DNA of 64,000 nucleotides, from positions 17,665 to 81,664 of the forward strand of contig JBAVQU010000008.1 of NCBI GenBank assembly GCA_049694315.1, given 5' to 3'. Every line of letters begins with the position of its first letter. Within the stretch, counting starts at the first letter, position 1. The position numbers were made by a program, and so were the translations under genes. The DNA comes from Candidatus Zixiibacteriota bacterium. GTDB lineage: Bacteria > Zixibacteria > MSB-5A5 > SM1-73. Positions 57,419 through 64,000 of this stretch are shown here, one piece after another. The notes beneath the pieces are model-generated. The model ran no database searches and was not told the DNA's origin. It saw nothing but the letters and a program-made list of their open reading frames with translations.

Positions 57419-58534
57419 ATGAAATTTTCACTGCCCAAAAGCAAGATATTTTCTTGTGTTCAAACGGTCATGAATGCCGTTCCTACGCGCACCACCCTGC
57501 CGGTTTTGTCCAATATTCTCCTAGAGGTCTCCGATTCAAAACTCAAGATAGCTGCGACCGATCTCGATCTATCGGTGATCACCACCATCCCGGTCGCATC
57601 CACCAAAAAGGAAGCGATAACCATTCCGGCTAAGACCTTCTATGACATATTAAGAGAGCTTCCCGAATCGGAGGTAGACATCCATGCGGCTGAGAATCGC
57701 ATGGAGTTGAAGGCTGAAAGGGGAACCTATAAGTTGTCGGGAATCCCGGCTGAGGAGTATCCCAAACTGCCGACGGTGAATCTTGCCAAAGAAATAAAAA
57801 TCCCAGGTATCGACTTGGTTAGGATGATTAAGAGAACCATCTTTGCCGTCTCCACCGACGAGACCCGACCGGCCCTGAATGGAGTCTTATGGCAGACATC
57901 CGGCCACAACATGCAGATGGTAGCCACGGATGGTCATCGGTTAGCCAAGATGTCTTCAAAGAATAGCAAACTCAAAGGTTTGCACGAGGACGTCATCATA
58001 CCTCCTAAGGTGCTAAACCTCTTAATAAAACTGACAGGAGAGGATGAAGCGCAGGTCGGGGTGATCTTCGCCGAAAACAGCATTATCTTTAATTTGGGTG
58101 ACACCATCTTAAGTTCACGTTTGATCGAGGGACCCTACCCCAATTTCGACCAAGTGATCCCCAAACACAATGGCAAAAAGCTGGTAGTCAACAAGGAATT
58201 CTTGGCCAGTGCGGTCCGAAGAATGTCGATTTTGGCCAACACCCTGACTCATCAGGTGAAGTTCTCCTTAAAAAAAGACACCATAGAGCTTTCCTCCGCC
58301 AATTTTGACTTAGGCGGCGAAGCCAAAGAAACTGTGCCTTGCGATTATACCGGTGAGCCGATGGAAGTCGGATACAACGCCAGTTATGTCTTGGACATCC
58401 TCAGGCAGATGGACGGGGACGACGTGGTCTTTGAGTTGGGGACCCCGGTGTCAGCCGGCAAGGTGTATTCCACTGAATGCAAGGAGGGGGAGGATTATCT
58501 TTGTCTCTTGATGCCTCTTCGTTTAGCAGAGTGA
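57419..58534 (+). CDS. dnaN: DNA polymerase III beta subunit (sliding clamp)
   Basis: 371 aa. LSNILLE...LKI.ATDL, TRPALNGVL, ATDGHRLA, EG.YPNF..VIP, and C-terminal LLMPLRL. Confidence 0.95.
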   Translation: MKFSLPKSKIFSCVQTVMNAVPTRTTLPVLSNILLEVSDSKLKIAATDLDLSVITTIPVASTKKEAITIPAKTFYDILRELPESEVDIHAAENRMELKAERGTYKLSGIPAEEYPKLPTVNLAKEIKIPGIDLVRMIKRTIFAVSTDETRPALNGVLWQTSGHNMQMVATDGHRLAKMSSKNSKLKGLHEDVIIPPKVLNLLIKLTGEDEAQVGVIFAENSIIFNLGDTILSSRLIEGPYPNFDQVIPKHNGKKLVVNKEFLASAVRRMSILANTLTHQVKFSLKKDTIELSSANFDLGGEAKETVPCDYTGEPMEVGYNASYVLDILRQMDGDDVVFELGTPVSAGKVYSTECKEGEDYLCLLMPLRLAE

Positions 58535-58842
58535 AGACGGCGTGACACGTATTCTCCATTAAGTTAGCGAAAATGGTAGAAGTGCGGGGAGGACCATAAG
58601 TCCGATAGACGAGGGTTTCTCCCCGTTTTGTTTTCGAGGCCAGACTCTTTTTGCGGAAATCGAAGAGCGGGTTCAAACCGTTGATGGTAGATTCTTTGGT
58701 GCGGCGGAAGCATCCCCCCTTGACCCTCAAGTGTTCGCCTGCCTTCTCTGACCAGACCCGGCAAGAAAAATTCTTGAAAATGTGATTTCCCTTCCCTATA
58801 TTAAAGCAGAAGAAGCACGAACTGACGAAACAGGAGTCGTAG

Positions 58843-59421
58843 TTGGAGAAACTCTGGGCGCCGTGGCGCGAAAAATTCGTCCTATGTGAGAAACACCCCG
58901 GCTGTTTCCTTTGCAGGACAGCCAAAGAGAAGCAGGACCGGAAGAATCTGATTCTCTTAAGGGGACAGAAGTGTTTCGTGATCCTCAATCGCTACCCATA
59001 CAATAACGGTCATGTGATGGTGGCTCCGTTTCGCCACGTGGGTAATTTAGAGGACTTAAAAGATAATGAGTCAAGCGAGCTTCTTAAGATCTCTCAGCTT
59101 TGCATAGGAGCCATCAAATCGGGCCTGAAGTCGCAGGCAATCAACTTGGGGATGAATCTGGGGAAGGTTTCCGGAGCCGGAGTGGAAGACCATCTCCATT
59201 TGCATATCGTCCCCCGCTGGCTGGGGGATACCAATTTTATGCCCATTATTGGGGAAACTAAGATCATCTCCGTGGGGCTTTCCAGTACTTACCGGGTTTT
59301 GAAGGAGGAACTGGAGAAACTGTGCAACCAAGACTTGTCAGCGGTCGGTTGTCCGTCCAGACGGACATCCCCGGGCAAAAATCCCAGGCCAAGGCTCAAG
59401 AGACAGGAGCGGCGGACGTGA
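58843..59421 (+). CDS. HIT-family nucleotide hydrolase/phosphorylase
   Basis: NRYPYNNGHVMV and the histidine triad HLHLHIVPRW. Confidence 0.8.
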   Translation: MEKLWAPWREKFVLCEKHPGCFLCRTAKEKQDRKNLILLRGQKCFVILNRYPYNNGHVMVAPFRHVGNLEDLKDNESSELLKISQLCIGAIKSGLKSQAINLGMNLGKVSGAGVEDHLHLHIVPRWLGDTNFMPIIGETKIISVGLSSTYRVLKEELEKLCNQDLSAVGCPSRRTSPGKNPRPRLKRQERRT

Positions 59422-59422
59422 A

Positions 59423-61051
59423 ATGAAGATTCCAAGGAAAAAGGAGCTCCTGAAGCTCCAGGCACAATATCGAACCGATAAGAAGATTGGCGAAGCGTTG
59501 GGTGGAGTGCCGGAGTATTTAGTGGCCTACTGGAGAAGGAAGAAGAAGATCGGGCAGTACTCCAGCCTCAAATACTCCTTCAGGGAGATCAACGACCTGT
59601 GGGAAACCTACGGTAATGACCGGAAGGCCGGCGACAAGCTGGGCATCTCCAAGGCTGGATTCTATAAGTGGCGCAAGAAATACGACCTTTTGGAGAAGCC
59701 CAAAGTACTCAGGTTTCAGCAGCTGGAGTTCTCCTTAGCTGGACAGCGCGGTTCTTCGGAAGGTCAAGACATGCTGCTTAAGCGGAATTCAGGAAATCTC
59801 TCCATAGCCCAGAAGCTTCTGGCTAAAAAGACGGGGAAACCCGAAACCGTAGTGGGAGAAATCGTGAATGTGGAACCGGACCTGGCCATGAGCCACGATA
59901 ACGCCGGTCTGGTGATAAAGCAATTCAAGCAGATCGGCCAGGCCCGGGTGTGGAATCCGGACAAGATCGTCATCCCCCTGGATCATCGCGCTCCGGCGGA
60001 ATCAGAAAAAACCGCCACCGCGCATAAGTCCATCCGGCAGTTTGTCAAAGAGCAAGGAATCAAGAACTTCTACGACATACGGGAGGGAATCTGTCATCAG
60101 GTGGTGTTAGAGAAGGCTCACATTCTGCCGGGGGAATTGGCTCTGGGAACCGACTCACATACCACCTCTTACGGCTGTGTAGGCGCCTTGTCCACGGGCA
60201 TAGGCGCTACGGAGATGGCGGCAGTCTGGGCCACCGGGAAAATCTGGCTGAGAGTGCCGGAGTCGATGAAGATAGTCATCCAAGGAAAAATGCCCAAAGG
60301 GGTTTATGCCAAAGACGTGATACTCTATATCATAGGTCAACTTACAGTGGAAGGCGCAAATTATAAGTCAGTGGAATTTTATGGTGAGACCGTGACCAGA
60401 ATGTCCGTCTCCGAAAGGTTCACTGTGTGCAACCTCTCCATGGAGATGGGGGCAAAATTCGCCGTGGTCCCGTTTGACCGGGTTACCGAGAGATACTTGT
60501 CGGCCATAACCAGTCAAAGATACCAGCCGATCTTTTCGGATGCCGAAGCCATTTTTGAGAAGGAATATGCGTTTGAAGTAGGTGGCTTAGAGCCTCAGGT
60601 CGCCTGTCCCCACAACGTGGATAACGTTAAACCGATAAGCCAAGTGAAGGGCATAAAGATCGATCAGGTGGTGTTGGGTTCCTGCACCAACGGCAGATTG
60701 GACGATCTGGAGATCGCAGCCCGAATTCTCAAAGGGAAGAAAGTCAGCCCGGAGACCAGGATGCTGGTGTTGCCTGCGACCAGAACGGTGTACCTGCAAG
60801 CCATGAACAAAGGCTATCTCAAAGCCTTTGTGGATGCCGGGGCGGTGATACTAAACCCCGGATGTGGGCCTTGCCTGGGGGCGCACGAGGGAATCTTAGC
60901 CGCAGGAGAAAAGTGTCTGGCTACGACCAATCGCAATTTTAAGGGGAGAATGGGATCGCCGGATTCCGAAGTCTACTTAGGCAGCCCCGCCCTGGCGGCC
61001 GCCACGGCCATCAAAGGAGAAATCGCGGATCCGAGGGAGTTCTTGAAATGA
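59423..61051 (+). CDS. leuC: 3-isopropylmalate dehydratase/homoaconitase-family large subunit with an N-terminal extension of about 116 aa
   Basis: Aconitase core from LSIAQKLL (DHRAP, GTDSHT, GSCTNGR, GCGPCLG, NRNFKGR). The in-frame upstream 116 codons are basic and HTH-like. An internal ATG at 59771 would give a canonical 426-aa protein. Confidence 0.8.
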   Translation: MKIPRKKELLKLQAQYRTDKKIGEALGGVPEYLVAYWRRKKKIGQYSSLKYSFREINDLWETYGNDRKAGDKLGISKAGFYKWRKKYDLLEKPKVLRFQQLEFSLAGQRGSSEGQDMLLKRNSGNLSIAQKLLAKKTGKPETVVGEIVNVEPDLAMSHDNAGLVIKQFKQIGQARVWNPDKIVIPLDHRAPAESEKTATAHKSIRQFVKEQGIKNFYDIREGICHQVVLEKAHILPGELALGTDSHTTSYGCVGALSTGIGATEMAAVWATGKIWLRVPESMKIVIQGKMPKGVYAKDVILYIIGQLTVEGANYKSVEFYGETVTRMSVSERFTVCNLSMEMGAKFAVVPFDRVTERYLSAITSQRYQPIFSDAEAIFEKEYAFEVGGLEPQVACPHNVDNVKPISQVKGIKIDQVVLGSCTNGRLDDLEIAARILKGKKVSPETRMLVLPATRTVYLQAMNKGYLKAFVDAGAVILNPGCGPCLGAHEGILAAGEKCLATTNRNFKGRMGSPDSEVYLGSPALAAATAIKGEIADPREFLK

Positions 61052-61104
61052 TAACCACCCAAACAACCGGGGGGAACCTTTGGAACCTCTTTTGAAAACG
61101 TGAG

Positions 61105-61332
61105 GTGATGAGATTGGAGATCGTTTTCAGCCGACATGCAAGAAGGCAGATGAGATGGAGAGATATCAGCGAACAAGAAGTCAAACAGACCCGGTCTGAT
61201 TACGATAGAATAGAAGACTCCGTTAGGACAAGAAAAAACGCTTTGAAGAAAATCGGGAAAAGGTTGATAAAAGTGACCTTCAGGGAAGAGGACGACAAAA
61301 TCCTTGTAATAACGGCCTTGGTAAGAAAATAG
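61105..61332 (+). CDS. DUF4258-family protein (putative toxin)
   Basis: 75 aa. FSRHARRQMRWRDISEQEV is the typical DUF4258 N-terminus. Confidence 0.65.
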   Translation: MMRLEIVFSRHARRQMRWRDISEQEVKQTRSDYDRIEDSVRTRKNALKKIGKRLIKVTFREEDDKILVITALVRK

Positions 61333-61352
61333 GCTAGAAGCGGGGAGTTCTT

Positions 61353-61568
61353 ATGAAAATAGAATACGATAAACAGGTTGATGCGCTCTATATCAGGATT
61401 CAAGAGAAGAAGGTTGCTCAAACCAAAGAAGTGGCCGACGGTGTGAATCTGGATTTGGACGAGACTGGTAAACTGATCGGTCTTGAGATATTGGGGGCGA
61501 CCGAGAGATATTCTCTGTCGGACATCTTCAATTTGTCTTCGGAAAACCTGATATTGGAAAAACAGTAA
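61353..61568 (+). CDS. DUF2283-family protein (putative antitoxin partner)
   Basis: 71 aa. YDKQVDALYIRI......E....V.LD.DETGKLIGLEIL.A is the typical DUF2283 pattern. Confidence 0.65.
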   Translation: MKIEYDKQVDALYIRIQEKKVAQTKEVADGVNLDLDETGKLIGLEILGATERYSLSDIFNLSSENLILEKQ

Positions 61569-61733
61569 AACTCTCGCGAGATGAAACCGAAAAGAAGGGA
61601 ATATTTCCCTAATCACTTAGTGTTGTCCGGGCGAGTGTTTAACCTCAGCCCGATCCGGGAGACAAAGCAGAGCCGAGAGGCAACTTCTATCGATCCGCTT
61701 AATCGGGTGTGAGACTGTAACGATTCCACGCAT

Positions 61734-62237
61734 GTGATTACCATGGAACAAATAACTGGTCGGGTATGGAAATTGGGGGATAACGTCGATACGGATGTGA
61801 TCTATCCGGGGAAATATCTTCCCATAATCGACGCTCCGGAGATGGCTTTGCATGCCCTGGAAGGCTTGGACATTGAATTCCCCAAGAAGATTCAAAAGGG
61901 TGACATAATAGTAGCAGGGTCGAACTTTGGTTGCGGAAGCTCCCGCGAACAGGCCGCTACTTCTCTCAAATATGCAGGGATCGCTTGCGTCGTGGCAAAA
62001 TCTTTTTCCCGCATATTTTTCCGGAACGCCATCAATCAGGGATTAGCTTTGGCTCAATCCAAAGAGGCGCCGGATCAGATTCAGGCGGGCGAGAATGTTA
62101 CCATCAATTTTGCCGGTGGGGAGATCATTACTTCGCAAAACCACGAATTCTCCTTCCCTCCCCTACCTGAGTTCCTGATGGGAATCCTGGAAGACGGTGG
62201 GCTAATCCCGCATGTGAAAAAGAGTCTGGGAACTTGA
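61734..62237 (+). CDS. leuD: 3-isopropylmalate dehydratase/homoaconitase-family small subunit
   Basis: GRVWKLGDNVDTDVIYPGKYL and GSNFGCGSSREQA. The start is either GTG 61734 or ATG 61743. Confidence 0.85.
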   Translation: MITMEQITGRVWKLGDNVDTDVIYPGKYLPIIDAPEMALHALEGLDIEFPKKIQKGDIIVAGSNFGCGSSREQAATSLKYAGIACVVAKSFSRIFFRNAINQGLALAQSKEAPDQIQAGENVTINFAGGEIITSQNHEFSFPPLPEFLMGILEDGGLIPHVKKSLGT

Positions 62238-62317
62238 TTTCCATTTGTCAAATGCTGAAACAAGAGGCGGGATGAATTCCCGCCTCTATGTGTTAAGCTT
62301 GTCACATCTTCATAGAG

Positions 62318-62343
62318 CAGGGCATTTAGCCCTGCGTTTTGTT
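62318..62343 (+). terminator. Rho-independent terminator after leuD
   Basis: gcagggc-attta-gccctgc followed by gttttgtt. Confidence 0.6.
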
Positions 62344-62345
62344 CG

Positions 62346-62378
62346 AAGAAAAGAATCGCCGAGGCAAGGTGCCTCGGC
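62346..62378 (-). terminator. Rho-independent terminator after pmbA
   Basis: Minus strand: gccgaggc-acctt-gcctcggc followed by gattcttttctt. Confidence 0.6.
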
Positions 62379-62398
62379 TACGAACTCTATAATCCCCA

Positions 62399-63718
62399 CT
62401 AATTCTTGGTAGCAACACTGACGTTATCGCATAATATCGCCGGCACCCAGGCCCCCCAAGCGGAAGGATGAAGTGCATCGCCGACCTCTATGACGTCTTT
62501 TAACGTTTCGTAAACATTACCCGCCACCATCGCGTCTTTCACCCGGCCCACGATTTCGCCGTTTTCAACATATAATCCGGGATTAACACCCACCGAATAA
62601 TCTCCATTAGGTATATTCCCGCTGTGAGGTCCCAGTGCGCCGTCGATGATCATGCCCCGGTCAATTGCCTTCACCAGTTGGGAAAAGGATTTGTTCCCGG
62701 GTTGGATACGCATGTGGGTGAGCACTGGTCCTGGTTTCTGGGTAACGGGATCCGTTGCCCCAAAACTGATGATGGTCCTATACCCATGTCCGGTCGATTT
62801 GGCCTTCAGTTTGCTGGCATAATCCAGATCATAATAGAAACTCTTCAGGACGCCCTTTTCGACAATAGTGAGTGGTTTGCAGGCGACACCTTCGTCGTCA
62901 AAGGATCGCGCTCCGGGACGTCGGTCATCCAGCGGATCATCGTAGATGGTGACATTCTCACCGAATATTCTTTCCCCCACTTTGCCGGCAACAGGCGACA
63001 CTCTTTCGTAAACATTCTTAGAGCTGGTCCCACTCAAGATTCTCCAGCTAAGAGTGAGCATGCTATTGGGCATAAACAGAACCTTCATCCTTCCGCCCTT
63101 AGGCTCCACGACACGCGAGGACGTCTTATAAAGCTCTATCATTTCATTAACCATGGTATCCGGCATCCTTTCAAAGCTTTTGTTTTGGAAAACCCGCCAG
63201 ATAGCAGAGCCGGATCCGGGAAATATGACGCCTCCGGACGCCCCATATTCTCCACCCATGATCGACACATCCGTGCCCTCGCTGTTAATGATGCGTGTTT
63301 CAGTAAGCTGGGCAGACGCACCGAAGAGTATTTCACCGTCGGTTCTCGATTTCAAAAGATCACATACTCTGGTACACTCATCCACCATTTGCTTGGAGGA
63401 AACGCTTTGTAAAGAAGGGTCAAAGGTGTCGAGTTGGCGAAGCTCGGTGGTAAGCGGGAAGTCATAACTGGCCTCTACTTTCCCTTCCAGGGAGGCGAGT
63501 GCATTCTCTAAGATCTCTTCGCGATCTATCAGGTTTCTGGTGTAAGCAAATCCCAGCTTGCCGTCCTTGATTATCCTTAAAGCCACCCCCGATTGGAGTG
63601 TACCGTCTATGTCGTGAAGCTGGGCATTTTCAAAGGAAACGGAATTATAGGTACTCTCCTGAGAATAGACCTCCACCTTGTCGCAGAGTTTTTTTGCCAT
63701 TTGCAGTAGCTTTTCCAT
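62399..63718 (-). CDS. pmbA: TldD/PmbA-family metalloprotease (PmbA-like)
   Basis: About 440 aa with the C-terminal GxxxGxxxNG-type region (VENGEIVGRVKDAMVAGNVYE.L). ATG at 63718 overlaps the upstream stop (TAATG). Confidence 0.8.
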   Translation of the reverse strand: MEKLLQMAKKLCDKVEVYSQESTYNSVSFENAQLHDIDGTLQSGVALRIIKDGKLGFAYTRNLIDREEILENALASLEGKVEASYDFPLTTELRQLDTFDPSLQSVSSKQMVDECTRVCDLLKSRTDGEILFGASAQLTETRIINSEGTDVSIMGGEYGASGGVIFPGSGSAIWRVFQNKSFERMPDTMVNEMIELYKTSSRVVEPKGGRMKVLFMPNSMLTLSWRILSGTSSKNVYERVSPVAGKVGERIFGENVTIYDDPLDDRRPGARSFDDEGVACKPLTIVEKGVLKSFYYDLDYASKLKAKSTGHGYRTIISFGATDPVTQKPGPVLTHMRIQPGNKSFSQLVKAIDRGMIIDGALGPHSGNIPNGDYSVGVNPGLYVENGEIVGRVKDAMVAGNVYETLKDVIEVGDALHPSAWGAWVPAILCDNVSVATKN

Positions 63719-64000
63719 TATACGCCTCCTATAACCAGATTCCTCACCAATACATGTGGAGCACCGAAACACGAACGGATATTCGCCTGCCCCTTTCCAC
63801 ATCCCCCGACTTGAGACAACGCCAGATCGTTTCCCACCCTCTCGATGTCCATCAGCGTTTTGTACAGATTGCCCGAGATATTTATGTCCCGAACCATTTC
63901 TCCCAACTTTCCGCCTTTCACCACATACCCGTACTGGGCACCGAACGTAAAATTCTCTCCGGAAGTTTCTCCGCCTTTTGTATCCACGAGGTACAAACCG
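63718..64000 (-). CDS. tldD: TldD-like protease, C-terminal fragment (5' end outside the window)
   Basis: ...GENFTFGAQYGYVVKGGKLGEMVRDINISGNLYKTLMDIERVGND...GGCGKGQ is the TldD C-terminal signature. The frame is open to the window edge. Confidence 0.8.
   Translation of the reverse strand, partial: GLYLVDTKGGETSGENFTFGAQYGYVVKGGKLGEMVRDINISGNLYKTLMDIERVGNDLALSQVGGCGKGQANIRSCFGAPHVLVRNLVIGGV

Noticed and set aside
58401-58988. 195-aa minus-strand ORF spanning the dnaN 3' end, the intergenic region and the HIT gene 5' end
   Set aside because: It overlaps two strongly supported plus-strand genes. Its product is Cys/Arg/Phe-rich with no motif and no SD. The 58535-58842 spacer is more likely non-coding.

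Overview
This 64 kb window looks like the chromosomal origin region of an uncultivated, roughly 50% GC bacterium. The block tldD/pmbA - leuCD - HIT - dnaN - dnaA // rpmH - rnpA - yidD - yidC sits at 49.9-64 kb. Coding density is high and most genes are on the minus strand.

Recognisable content:
- Secreted peptidases with dockerin-like tails.
- An SBBP-repeat protein with a T9SS-type C-terminus.
- Three glutamate dehydrogenases next to a sigma-54 two-component system.
- fhs, lysS, lolE and two histidine kinases.

I saw no rRNA, tRNA or CRISPR array by eye.

Five accessory modules are not explained by housekeeping functions:
1. 5.07-8.13 kb: a RiPP-like locus. Two tandem short peptide genes, absent from the ORF track and conserved mainly at synonymous sites, lie upstream of a radical SAM/SPASM + PqqD-like RRE + HExxH membrane-domain fusion.
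2. 52.8-55.0 kb: an AT-rich two-gene operon inserted between rpmH and dnaA. It encodes a long dCTP-deaminase (DCD) family protein and a GNAT-ASCH fusion.
3. 35.3-39.6 kb: an AT-rich island encoding a ParB-N-like protein, an unknown protein with a possible PD-(D/E)xK layout, an m5C methyltransferase and Vsr.
4. 39.7-40.8 kb: a TlpA-like thioredoxin operon with two paralogous Cys-rich small proteins.
5. 12.17-12.59 kb: a duplicated 4-Cys-motif protein behind a consensus sigma-54 promoter.

Several intergenic repeat families, a MITE-like insertion with flanking direct repeats, and a DUF4258/DUF2283 pair splitting leuC from leuD are also visible. All functional calls come from motif recognition by eye; no database search was run.
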